Shown in pieces: positions 13,262-29,300 of a stretch of DNA of 64,000 nt. The notes beneath the pieces were generated by a model. That model saw only the letters and a list, made by a program, of their open reading frames with translations, did no database searches and was not told the DNA's origin. The position numbers and the translations under genes are program-made. The stretch lies in contig NW_024704751.1 in the NCBI RefSeq assembly GCF_018977255.1, positions 8,556,001 through 8,620,000 on the forward strand, read 5' to 3'. The first letter of the stretch is position 1. The number at the start of each line of letters is the position of its first letter. Source of the stretch: Callorhinchus milii. Lineage: Eukaryota.

Positions 13262-13597
13262 TATCGTAGCGGTTACCACTCTCGCCTCGCAAGCCAGAGG
13301 ACCCAGGTTCAATTCCCGAGCAGAGCGAAAACTTGAACAAGTTTCCTGACTCCACACACCTCTGTTCGCCTACAAGTAGGAGCCAGGTTCTTAGTCGATT
13401 GGCAGATCGCTTTCCAGGGGTAATAATCCCCTCAAAAAAAATTGCGGTCGCTCAATCCACTACTGTTCACGGGACATTGCTATGCGCGATTGGCTGCCGC
13501 ATTTCGTCCACAAAATACAGTCACAGTTTACGATATATTCTTCGAGACGTCTCAACGACGCGATAAGGCGCGATATCAAATGCAAGATTTATTCCTA
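13262..13597 (+). mobile_element. tRNA-derived SINE, same family
   Basis: Head, body and tail match 62146-62480; boundaries approximate. Confidence 0.8.
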
Positions 13598-14356
13598 TTA
13601 ATGGTCAATCTTCATTCCTGATTGTCAGCAGCAAATCCAGCGCTGGATCCCACTGAAGCCAGAGCTGATGAGCCAGCTCACGGCACCTTCTAGCGGAGGA
13701 CGGGGACTGGAGCAGGACGGTTGGACTTAACCCTTTCAGCGTATGAAACCTTGGATCATGCACGAATTCTGCAGTTCGCTTCAAATCTTGCTGGAGGACA
13801 TTGCTGTTTTATCGGTTGGCCTATTTACAGATTACACAGTCACTACACTTAGTGTAGTAAATCCTGTGACGCACTTTGAGGTGTCCTCTCGGCTTGAAAG
13901 GCTCTATGCAAATGTAATTTGTCGTTGTTGAAAGGCGCTGTGTTAAACGCAAAGATTATCAGTAATTTTAAACCCAATTTTTAAATTACCGGGGAACATG
14001 GAGAATAAAACTAAGTGGAATTTTAGGCCTTTGCTATTTTCTCATGGGTGGGGAGGGAGGGGGGCTAGAACAGGCCTACAAAGCTTGAGCCAGGAATGGG
14101 GTCTGCTCCAGAGACAAGAGATGGAGCGATAAATATCATATAAAGAGCTACAATCTCTTTCAATCATTTATTTCTATTTCAGAAGAGGTTCATATCTAAA
14201 CATAATAATAAAGCAATCTACTAATATAACTTAACAGGTGATTGAGGGAACAGCTAATCATGATTGGTTTTAAAGTCAAGTTCATTTTCCTTACACAGAG
14301 TTGATCCAATGACAAAATGACTAAGACTAGTTGCTCAGGGCTGTGTAGACTGGGGA

Positions 14357-18529
<4,173 letters not shown>

Positions 18530-19743
18530 TCACTTACAAACACACGGTCACTCCACTTTACAGTAAATCGTGGACCTTGGGACGTCCTCCCGAAGTGAAA
18601 GGCGCTTAAAAACCACATACTTATTATTATTTATTCAGGTCACAACTACCCCCACCCCACCCTCCCCTCCACCCACTCCGGTCACTATTTGAAAGAATGG
18701 TGAAGTCTTTCCCCCCAATTAAAGCAGTTTATCATTCAAATTCACCTCCTCATTCAAATTTACCACCAATTCCAAATGACTGGCTTCTCATCTCACAGTT
18801 CCTTGTGGGGCATCACAGGACTGTACATCCGCTGCTGCGTCTGTCTGCGTTCAGTTTCATTTCCAACCCGCGTCAGTTCGAAAAAAGGCTCCGAGACGTC
18901 TCAGTCGTGCGAAACCTTTTGCAAGTTACCCGCCGGACTTGTTAGCGAGCGCGTTTGGTTCCTAAACAGTTCCAGCACAAACAGAGAAATCCCCGACCGG
19001 TTCGTTTGAGGCCACGGTGCAGAGCGCAAAAAAAAAAAAAAAAAAACACCTCGTCTGCCCACTTCAGCCGTAACGTACTGGAGGGGTTTACGCCCCTCAA
19101 ACTACCACAGTCGATTCACTTTGCAGTCTATTCCGCGAAAGCACTTCGAGACGTCGCCACGACGTGATAAGTCGCTGTGTCAAACGCGAGGATTGTTATC
19201 GTTATTATTATTACTAACCTCTTAGCACATTCGCCCACCCCTTCCCCTCCCTCCCACCTCCCCCCCCACCTCCCACCCTTCACCTGCCCCCACCCCCCTC
19301 CCCCTTCCCCTACCTCCCTCCCACCCCTTCCCCTCCCTCCCACCTCCCACCCTTACCTGCCCCCACCCCCTCCCTCCCTTCCCCTACCTCCCTCCCACCC
19401 CTTCCTCTCCCTCCCACCGCACCTCCACCCTTCACCTGCCCCCACCCCCTCACCCCTCACCCTCCCCATCACCCCTCCCCCACCCCCTCACCCTCCCTTC
19501 CCCTCTCCCTCCCTCCTCCCCCCCCACCCTTCACCTGCCCGGTGAGTGCGTGTCCAAGGCGGGCGGGCTGTCTTGCCAGCACCAGCTCCCGAGCCCTACC
19601 TGGCACCTGCCCGGCCTGGCAGCTGCCTGGCCCGGGTATGAGAGGCCTGACTGCCCGCCCCAGGGCCGGGCAAGGCTGGCAGGAGGGCGTCACTGCCCGG
19701 AGCGGCACCCACTTGCCTGCTTGCCTTCACTCTGCCCTCCCGG

Positions 19744-19831
19744 CCCCGCCCAGCGCATCAACACAACGTCGCCCTTGGCAACCGTCTCCAGGCGACGCGT
19801 CGGGCGCGTCGTGCGTCGTCTCCATGGTTAC
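19744..19831. promoter_or_regulatory. CpG-rich promoter with three RFX X-box-like sites (TEKT1; possibly bidirectional)
   Basis: GTCGCCCTTGGCAAC (19768-19782), GTCTCCAGGCGAC (19784-19796) and GTCTCCATGGTTAC (19818-19831), plus GC box CCCCGCCC (19744). Candidate minus-strand donor CCAG|GTAGGG near 19599. RFX control of motile-cilia genes is established. Confidence 0.72.
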
Positions 19832-19966
19832 GCCGCAGCAGCGTCTCCCGCCCCCTCACACCCACACACCCACACACCCGGGTCTCTCCTCTCAGCTCCT
19901 TCTTCCTCCCACCGCTGGAGGCGCTGTGGCGCTCACTACACAGGAGCCACCAGGGGGTCTGTGAGC

Positions 19967-20670
19967 CTCACTCACCCCATATACCCCCTCCCCACCCCCT
20001 CACTCACCCCATTTACCCCCCCACCCCCCCACTCACCCATATACCCCCCCACCCCCTCACTCACCCCATATACCCCCCCCACCCCTCACTCACCCATATA
20101 CCCCCCCACCCCCTCACTCACCCCATATACCCCCCCACCCCCCCACTCACCCCATATACCCCCACCACCCCCTCACTCACCCCATATACCCCCCCACCCC
20201 CTCACTCACCCCATATACCCCCCCCCCCCCCTCACTCACCCCATATACCCCGCACCCACCCCCTCACTCACCCCATATACCCCCCACCCCCCCACTCACC
20301 CCATATATACCCTCACTCACCCATATACCCCCACTCACCCCATATACCCCCACCCCCCACTCACCCCATATACCCCCCCACCCCCTCACTCACCCCATAT
20401 ACCCCCCACTCACCCCATATACCCCCAACCCCTCACTCACCCCATATACCCCCCACCCCCTCATTCACCCCATATATACCCCTCACTCACCCCATATATA
20501 CCCCTCACTCACCCCATATACCCCCACTCACCCCATATCCCCACCCCTCACTCACCCCATATACCCCCACTCACCCCATATACCCCCCCTCACTCACCCC
20601 ATATACCCCCACCCACCCCCTCATTCACCCCATATATACCCCTCACTCACCCCATATATACCCCTCTCTC
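19967..20670. repeat. C-rich minisatellite, core CACTCACCCCATATACCCC
   Basis: Many tandem variant units with variable C-runs, directly visible. Confidence 0.95.
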
Positions 20671-21003
20671 ACCCCATATGCTCTCTCTACACACACCCAC
20701 AGCCCCCTATCTCCGTACAAACCCCATATATACCCTCCCACCATCCCATCACTCCCCCCCCCCCATAGCCCACTCTATCTCCACGAACAGACCCCCCCTC
20801 ACTCACCCCACATACACTCTCATTCCATACTAACCCCTCACCCCACATACACTTACCCACCCCCTCCCTCACTCCCTCCGTCGCCCTCCCTCTCCCCATT
20901 AACACACCCTCAATCACTCCTTATCGTACACACTCAATACCCCTCACTCTCCTCTTCCCCCCACCCAGCCCCCCAACCCATCCCCACTCCCTCTACCCCC
21001 GCA

Positions 21004-24000
21004 ATGTCCATCACCGAGCCTGGCAGCGGCCAGTGCTCCATCAGGCCGAGAATGGGTGACCTCCAGCCGGTTCGAGCCCCGGCAGAGCCCGGGGGGGGGC
21101 AGGGGCAGGGGGGACACCTGGCCGCAGCAGCACCTGCAGGCGGCGCTCGGAAGCCCACACACCTGGGCAAAGCCATCCTGGCAGGTAACACGAGGTTTGG
21201 TGCCCACCACCAGCTGCCCTGCACCCCCTCCCCCCCACCTTTACACCAGAAACACCGACAGGAGGACAGACCAAGGCTTGCTCCGTGCCTGGCATCGGGT
21301 AACATTAAAGCCACAACAAATAAAGACTTGAAGTGTTTACTGAATGCCCTCCATAATACTCCCCAGTATCCCTCATGTACTGAGCCCGACTTACACCCCA
21401 TACACACAGTGCCCCAATATACATACAATAATAATAATAATAATAATCCTTGCATTTGATATAGCGCTTTTCACGTCGGGAGGACGTCCCAAAGCGCTTC
21501 ACAGACCACACTGTAAAGTGAATTGACTGTATATTTGTGGGCGAACGCGGCAGCCAATTGCGCACAGCAATGTCCCACAAAGTGTCGTAGATTCAAAATG
21601 ACCAATTTTATTATTGTTTTTGGTTTTGGAGGGATTATTATTAGGCTCTGTGTGGAGTAAGGAAACTTGCCCGAGGTTTCGCCCTCTGCCTGGAATTGAA
21701 CTCAGGTCTCTCGCTTGCAAAGCGAGTGCTCTAACCACTGAGCTACAGGACTCCAGATATTCCTCCATATATTGATACGACAATGCAGCACTCCCCCTCT
21801 CTATCCCCCATTCTCCCCCTCTCTATCCCCCCCTCTCCCCCTCTCTATCCCCCCCTCTTCCCCTCTCTATCCCCCCCTCTTCCCCTCTCTATCCCCCTCT
21901 CTCCCCCTCTCTATCCCCCCCTCCCCAGTGCTACACTGGAGTGTCAACCTCGACTGTGAACGTGGGGGCTTGAACCCACAACGATCTGACTCAGAGGCCG
22001 GAGAGCTACCCAGTGAGCCGGGCTGAGGGATGAATGCTGTACAGTCGTGTGGGGCAGCGAGTTGGTTTGAATACTGCAGTTGTGTCCACAAGGTCTCCAT
22101 CATCCCACTCCACTTCTGTTGGCGCAGGTGGAATTGCCGGAGGGATCGAAATCTGCATCACCTTTCCCACGGAGTACGTGAAAACACAGCTCCAGCTCCT
22201 GGATCGAGTGAACCCTTCACGTTCCTCCGGCATCGGTAAGGAACCGTCCCTGTTCACAGGCTCACACAGCTGCGTGGTATTATAATAATAATAATCATAA
22301 TAATCCTTACATTCTACATAGCCGTGTTACGGTCTTCGAGACGTCTCAAAGCGCTTCACAGGGCATACTGTGAAGTGAATTGATTGTGTCTTTTGCGGGC
22401 GAAACGCCGCAGCCCAATTGCGCACAGCTGTGTCCCACAAACAGTCGTGGGTTGAGCGACTACATTTGTTAAAAGGGATTATCACCTACGAAAAGTGGTC
22501 CACCGACTAACAACCGGGTTCCTACGTATTGCTGGGCAGGCGGGTGGAGTAAGGAGACTCACCTAAGGTTTCGCCCTGCCCCAGGAGTCAAGCCCGGGTC
22601 CTCTCGCTCGCGAGGCAAATGCTCTAACTGCTACACCGCAGGAGTCCCAGCGCTTTGATGGGGAATGTGCCCATTCAGGCGTTACACTGCAGCTTACTAG
22701 AAAGCAATGCCACAGTCTGACTGATACAGGTACCCAAAACTGCAAGCGCATCGGTGGGGGATGCTGATGCCCTTTTTAATGGGGTGTTCGGTGTGTTGTA
22801 AAATAGGGTTGGAATTAGGGGCAATGAGTCCCATTCCCTCCCCGCTACCGCCCCTCGCCCCGATACTTGCTGAAATAAATTTTAGGCTGTTCCCTTGGCA
22901 GGTGACATAGTGAGCCGGACAATTCGGGATCACGGGGTGAAAGGGCTGTACAGAGGCCTCAGCTCCCTGCTGTATTTCTCCATCCCCAAAACCGCAGTCA
23001 GGTAAGCGACCCACGCAGCAGTCAACGCGGAGAGATAGAAAACGGATGATCCAACACAACACAAGAAAAGCACGTGAAATCAACAGGAAAAATCGCATCT
23101 TAAGATAGTGCGGCAGCCTGACTCGGATAGCACTCTCCACTCCGAGTCAAAAGGTTGTGGGTTCAAGCTGTACATCGATCGGGTCTTTGAGTTCATACTC
23201 TAGGCTGATGCTTCAATACAGTGCTGGGGGTTTGCTGCACACATTACACGCACACACTACACACTACACACGCACCACACACATACACACTGCACACACA
23301 CAGGATGTAAATGGAAACACCAACACGGCAGCAATACTGCTGCTCACCTCAAAATAAGCTGCTTTTTATGTCATTTTCTCTCGGGCTAGAATTACAGTGT
23401 CAACAAATCTGTTGGGAAGATTGAGAATTGCTCAGCCACTGTTTGCTGTGTGATCCGCAACCCTATTTTTTACAAACACCGAACACCCCATTACAAAGGG
23501 CATCAGCATCCCCAACCATAATCGCTCACCCCCGCCCCGCTCTCTCTCTCCCTCTCCCTCAGGTTTGGAACATTCGAGTTCTTGAGCAATCTGTCTCGGG
23601 ATGCCAGCGGGAAACTGAGTAACACACAGAGCATGATGTGCGGGCTTGGAGCCGGGGTCATGGAGGCCGTGGTGATTGTGTGTCCCATGGAGACCATAAA
23701 GGTAACAGGGTGTCCCATGGAGACCATAAAGTCCTCACTGAGGGTTTGCACTCAGTGACTGAACAGTATAAAGTGCTTTGTAATAACCCGGGTTTGTTGG
23801 TTGCAAGTGTCAGCCTGGCTCAGTTAATATTAATAATAATAATAATAATCCTTGCATTTGATCTAGCCCCTTATTACGTCGTAGAGACGCCTCAAAGCGC
23901 TGTGTATTTACAGGACCTTTATTTGAATTCTCACCTCTGTTTTTCTCTTCTGTACCAGGTGAAGTTTATACACGACCAGTCGTTGACTAAACCCAAATAT

Positions 24001-26849
24001 CGTGGCTTTTTTCACGGGGTCCGAGAGATTATTTTGGAAAAAGGTGGGTCTCGCTCACTAACAGTCGGAGGGGTGTGTGTTTCAGAATTGATATCAGCCA
24101 CGTCGACAATAATGATAATCCTCGCATTTGACATAACGCCTTATCACGTCGTTGAGTGGATTGACTGTGTATTTTGTGAGTGAAACACAGCAGCCAGTTA
24201 CACACAGCAGTGTCCCACAAACAGCCATGGAGTGAGCGACTATTTTTTATTTTGGGGGGTTGTTCGCTAGGACTTATATATATATATATATACATACACG
24301 ATATACTATGTAGCACCCTCCGCCCCACCATCAGAGGTCGGGCTTTCAGCCACTATGCCTCAAAACTCTGGAACATTCTCCCTCAATCCCTCCGCCTTGC
24401 CCCCTCTTTCAAGACCCGCCTGAAAACTTTCCTCTTTGACCGTGCTTACGCCACCTCCCCCCTCCCCCGGTCCGCCACTGTTAAGTGCTCTGAGACCCTA
24501 CCCTGCGTGGAGGGCGCTATGTAAGTGCAAGTTGTTGTTGTTATAGGGCACCGAGAGAGAGAGAGAGAAACTCTCTTCTCTTTTCAAATAGTGCCATGGG
24601 ATCCATTCATTTTCAAGATGGAGGTGGATAGATATTTGTGAGTCAGGATATCACGGGATATGGGGCAAGGGCGGGTAATTGGAGTTGAGGTATAGATCAG
24701 CCATGATCTTATAGAATGGCGGAACAGGCTTGAGGGGCTGAATGGCCTCCTCCTGTTTCTATGTTTTTCTTTTGTTCTCAGGGTTGCGAGGAACTTACCA
24801 GGGACTGAGCGCCACGATCCTCAAACAGGGCACAAACCAGGCCATCCGCTTCTTCGTGATGACCTCGCTACGTAACTGGTACACAGGTGAGAGGTCAGCG
24901 ACCCACCCTGGGCCTTCTCGGTCTGAAGTCCCCACCGGGCGCGAGGTGTAGACGTAATCCTTTTGTTTCTCAGTCTCAGCGTGTGCAGGAGTTAAATTCA
25001 CATCCTATAATAATAATCTTTGCATTTGAAATGACGTCGTATCGCGACTGTTTGTGGGACACTGCTGTGCGCTTTTCAGTATATTCTGCGGAGCGCTTTG
25101 AGACGTCTCGAAGACATGATGAGACACTATATCAAATGCAAGGATTATTATTATCATCATCATCCGGTTATCGAGACATCTCAGGCTGCCCGAAATCAGT
25201 ACCAATTTATTTCAACTTTAAAACATGTTACAAAAGTAGGAAGCACACAAGTAGATCTGGCCTTTTACTTTTCTTTAAAGTTATAAAGATGTAGACTTAA
25301 AAAGTATCTGCTGTAATTCCATGTATTCTCTGTTTCTTATGCTGTTCACCCCCTCCTATCCACGCACCCACCCCCCACCAATTCTATACTCTCCCTTCCT
25401 CAGCCATCCATTTCCTTGATGGAGCTGTAACGTACTCTCTGCCTGTAGGTGACGACCCACACAAAACCATCAACATGTTGGTCACAGCGATATTCGGAGC
25501 CAGTGCAGGAGCGGCCAGTGTCTTCGGAAACACACCCCTCGATGTTGTCAAGACTCGGATGCAGGTTAGAAAGGAGTTAATCCAGTACTTTACCCTGAAG
25601 ATTCCCGCTGGAACTCCCGACTACAGTGATGTGTATGTATGAATGTGCACATGGCAGGCGAGGCCAGCAAAGCCACAGTAACTTACTTTTGCTCGTGCCT
25701 TACAATTGGATCAAGATGACCTTTCAGCATCACACGTGGCACAATGTCGATACCATAGCGCAGTGAATACATTAACAATAATAATAATGCTTGCATTTGA
25801 TATAGCGCCTTATCATGTTGTTGAGACGTCTCAAAGCGCTTCGCAGCTGTAAAGTGTAGTGACTGTGTTTTGCGGGCGAAACTTTGCAGCCAATTGCACA
25901 CAGCATTGTCCCACAAACAGTTGTGGATTGATATCAACCTCCACCTCTTGATCCCAACCCTCCAGCTCAGTTGCAAACCATTGACTGTCCAGCGACTTGG
26001 GACGTTCTCCCCATGTGAAAGATACTATACATAGATTTGTCATCGTCGTTGTATTAAGGATGGACGTGGGGCTGTTTTACACAGCCTCCACAGAGTGAGG
26101 CTTTGTCCAGGCGGGAGGGGTGGTTCTTGGCCCTTTTGTTTTCATCTCTGTGGTTTTTGATGCAGAGTCTGGAGTCCCACAAGTACAGGAACACGCTGGA
26201 CTGTGCGATTCAGATCCTTAAACACGAGGGTCTTTCGGCGTAAGTAAAATGGACCTTAGATGCAGTGTATTACAGCAAGGCGCTGAGTGCCAGATATAAT
26301 AATAATAATCCTTGCATTTGATACAGCCTCCTATCACGTCTTCAACACGTCTCAAAGCGCTTCACAGAATATACTGTAAAGTGTACATTTTGTGGGTGAA
26401 ACGCGGCAGCCAATTGCGCATAGCAGCGTCCCATAAATAGTCGCGGATTGAGTGATCAAATTTATTTATTTACTTATTTATGAAAGGGATTATTACCCCC
26501 GTAAAACCGATCCGACAGTCGACTTAAGAACTGGGTTCCTACTTACTGCTGGGTAAACCGAGCGAGGCGTGCGGAGTAAGGAAACTTGCCCAACGGTTCG
26601 CCCTGACCCGGGAATCAAACCCGGGTCCTCGCTTGCGAGGCGAGTGCGCTAACCACTCAAACTACACAGGACTGCACAATTATCTCCATCCACACATCTG
26701 CTAAGGGGCTATTCTGTTTCCTGTTGCGCTGCAGGTTTTACAAAGGGACGGTCCCGAGGCTGGGCAGGGTGTGCCTGGACGTAGCAATCACCTTCACTAT
26801 CTATGAGGAAGTCGTCAGAATTCTGAACAAGGTCTGGAAACATGACTGA
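21004..26849 (+). CDS. SLC25A1: SLC25A1-like mitochondrial citrate/tricarboxylate carrier (probable paralogue), 340 aa, or 324 aa from ATG 21052
   Basis: Exons 21004-21184, 22128-22235, 22902-23001, 23563-23701, 23959-24043, 24782-24886, 25449-25564, 26166-26239, 26735-26849; intact and in phase. Carrier signatures [24 protein letters not shown] and [11 protein letters not shown], with [16 protein letters not shown] near the C-terminus. The family call is secure; orthologue versus paralogue is not. Confidence 0.88.
21427..21753 (-). mobile_element. tRNA-derived SINE, same family
   Basis: Reverse-complement copy with an (AAT)n tail at the left and head ACCACTGAGCTACAGG at the right. Confidence 0.8.
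21791..21926. repeat. Pyrimidine minisatellite (CTCCCCCTCTCTATCCCCC)n
   Basis: Directly visible tandem units in SLC25A1-like intron 1. Confidence 0.85.
22285..22650 (-). mobile_element. tRNA-derived SINE, same family
   Basis: Reverse-complement, diverged copy; boundaries approximate. Confidence 0.75.
22757..23513. repeat. ~55-bp inverted repeat pair flanking SLC25A1-like exon 3
   Basis: Arm 1 22757-22811 GGGGATGCTGATGCCCTTTTTAATGGGGTGTTCGGTGTGTTGTAAAATAGGGTTG; arm 2 23458-23513 CAACCCTATTTTTTACAAACACCGAACACCCCATTACAAAGGGCATCAGCATCCCC. These are reverse complements with few differences. Confidence 0.9.
24610..24765 (+). mobile_element. CR1-clade LINE 3' end (representative copy)
   Basis: GATCAGCCATGATCTTATAGAATGGCGGAACAGGCTTGAGGGGCTGAATGGCCTCCTCCTGTTTCTATG. 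Reverse copies at ~4378-4500, 11620-11770, 16738-16840 and 35873-36030. Confidence 0.7.
26295..26674 (-). mobile_element. tRNA-derived SINE, same family
   Basis: Reverse-complement full-length copy. Confidence 0.8.
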
Positions 26850-27293
26850 GGGAAGTTAGCCCGTCCCATCTCTCTCTCTCTCTCTGTATCAGGATACACA
26901 CCAGGCTTTGGTAACAGACTAATGGGGGACATAGGAAATGGGAATTCTTTTGAGTCTTGTGTGGGGGGTGGTAACAAGACTTTGTGGTCACCCTGTACTC
27001 TAATTCCAATTCCATGCTTTCCCCTCCCGGACACTTTATGTTGTTATTTCTTCAGATGTTGCTCCAGTTTAAATGTTCTCCCTTTAAATGTTCGGTCCTG
27101 GCCTGTGGCAAAACAAGCCACAAACCAGTGGATTTCCTGCAGTTCCCAGAGCCCTGTCCCACTGGGAAGGGACTGACTAAAACTCACTTCACTGCACTCA
27201 GCACCACTGCCTTTACTCTGCGTTGGCAAAATGTAATTTTGTAATGACTTTACGGTCGCTCTTAATTCGTATTTTACTCAATCAATGTGTTTT

Positions 27294-27299
27294 ATTAAA
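27294..27299 (+). terminator. Candidate polyadenylation signal (ATTAAA) of the SLC25A1-like gene
   Basis: ATTAAA ~445 nt after the stop, followed by a T-rich tract. Confidence 0.45.
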
Positions 27300-29300
27300 A
27301 GTTTTTATGTTTTTTTAATGCTTTATATTTAAAGAATGAAGTAACGTGGCTGTCCACTCACCAACTACATGTTGAAACTTCCCAGTGTCAGCGCTAGAAT
27401 GCGCACTCTCTCTCTCTCCCTGGAGGGACACACACTGCTTACCTAATTCCAGAGAGAATTAGGCACAGGTTAGCAAGAGCCAAGGCTTGGTGGGGGGGGG
27501 GAACTCCAGACTGTGTGTTGGTTGGGAGTAACTGCTACCCAGGGGAGTCTTAACCAGCTAAAACCGCACATAGCTTGCCATTGATATCGCTGTCTGGCAA
27601 GCTTGCCCGCTGTTTGTCCAGCAAGGACCACCCTATCCCTTAGGGCTTTGGCTTGCAGGGTTAACAGAAACTGAGTGGAAAGAATCCCTGCTCCCAGTGA
27701 CTGGTCTGCCCTTCCAAGGTGGATTCCAGGCGCTGTATGTACGATCGTGTGATCACAAACTCGGGAACTCCAGGTCACTCCTTCCAGCAGCTGTCACCCC
27801 GAGCCTCAGAGTTTCCTCATCAGCAACCTGGCGGGGCATCTGCCTTCAGTGCAGAGGGAGGACCTTTACTGGACACTTGTGACGTGCTAACATCTCCTCA
27901 GTTTGCCATTACGCAGGGACAAAATCCACTGGAATCACTTTTGCCACCAGATGGAGCCCGCGTGATGCCTTTGACAATCTATTTCTTGGCCAATATTTTA
28001 AAAGGTCATGCGCTCTCCTCGCTGTAACCCCGCCTGGCCGGCAGGTGCTGACTCATGCTGAGGTTTCGTTTCAAAGGACTTGGCACACCCTCCGTAGCCA
28101 TTCTTCGTGCATGAGCCCAGACACGATATCCAATCCTGGGGCATCTCAAGTCAAGCCCAATCCTGTCCTCGCTCCATATCCAGTTTGTGAGCAGCACTGA
28201 ATAGCAGGAAAGCTGGTGGGTTTCTGTCCCCTCCCTCCCTCCCTCCCTCCACCCCCCACCCCCCAGCCCAGGAGCAACCGGCCCTATTGTTCTCAATCCG
28301 CCCTTCCTTTCCTCAAGGTTTTGACTCTATGTTGCCGTCTGCATGCCCCAGAGCAGGAGGCAACCTCGACCGCACGGCCGTTCTTAATTAAAATAATAAT
28401 AATCCTTACGTTCGATAATAGTTGTCGTGACGTCTCAGAAGCGCGTCACAGAATATACTATGAAGTGAATTGACTGTGAATTTTGTGGGCGAAACGCGGC
28501 GGCCGATTTAGCGCACAGCGGCGTCCCAGAAGCCATGTTTGCTCAGAAGTACAGCCACTACACTTCGCAGTAAAATGCTGTGACACGAGGTGGTAAGGTT
28601 AGCACCTTATCAAATGCAAGAATTATCGTTTGCTGTAAAGCTGTGTTGCCGTAGTCTATAATAATCATGTAATAATCCTTGCATTTGAAGGACGACACCT
28701 CTGACAAGATAGCAATCCCCCTCCCCAGCACTGAAGTTTAAAGTCCTGACATGGGGGGTGTGGGGAAGGTGGGTTAGAGTGATGAGCAGGAGATCTGATA
28801 AGAGCAGCTGTCCCTATGAACCTGTGAGCAGCCAAGAGCTGAAAGCCCTGTCCCAGCGAAATGGGACGTTCTATCGCTGACGGATCTCAAGATGATTTAT
28901 GAGTGTTTTGAAGTCCTGTGTTGCGCAGCAACTTGAGTTGTTTCCAGTCTGTAGCCAGCCTTGGCAATGGATCGCGCCATTCAGTCTGGATTTTCTCCGC
29001 GCCCTGGGTGAAGCTCTGAGGCTCCTCTTGGCATTGCCCCAACATCGAGACGCCCTGCCCAGCAGACAGTAGGGTGTCCACACCCACCGCCTTGACCACA
29101 CCCACCCCCTTGGCCACCCCCTTGGCTGCACCCACCCCCTTGGCCGCACTGATTAGAAATGTCCCCATCTGGCAAGGGTGCCATGATAAATCACATGGTT
29201 GTCACTGTGTCACACAGGTACAGTGCAAGTTTGTGAGGCGGCGTGGGCAGGGCAGGGCGGAGTTGACACAGTTGTCTCTGGTGTTCAACCAGGCGGTGTG

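Noticed and set aside
19550-20833. 427-aa Pro/His/Thr-rich ORF
   Set aside because: It is a translation of the C-rich minisatellite, with no domain signal.
27291-27299. Bidirectional poly(A) signal TTTATTAAA shared by the carrier and SMTNL2
   Set aside because: SMTNL2 has a much closer AATAAA at 29301-29306, and such overlaps are common in AT-rich DNA.
28871-29184. Short ORFs between the carrier and SMTNL2, considered as an FBXO39 remnant or small gene
   Set aside because: No recognisable similarity or splice chain; partly a short tandem repeat.
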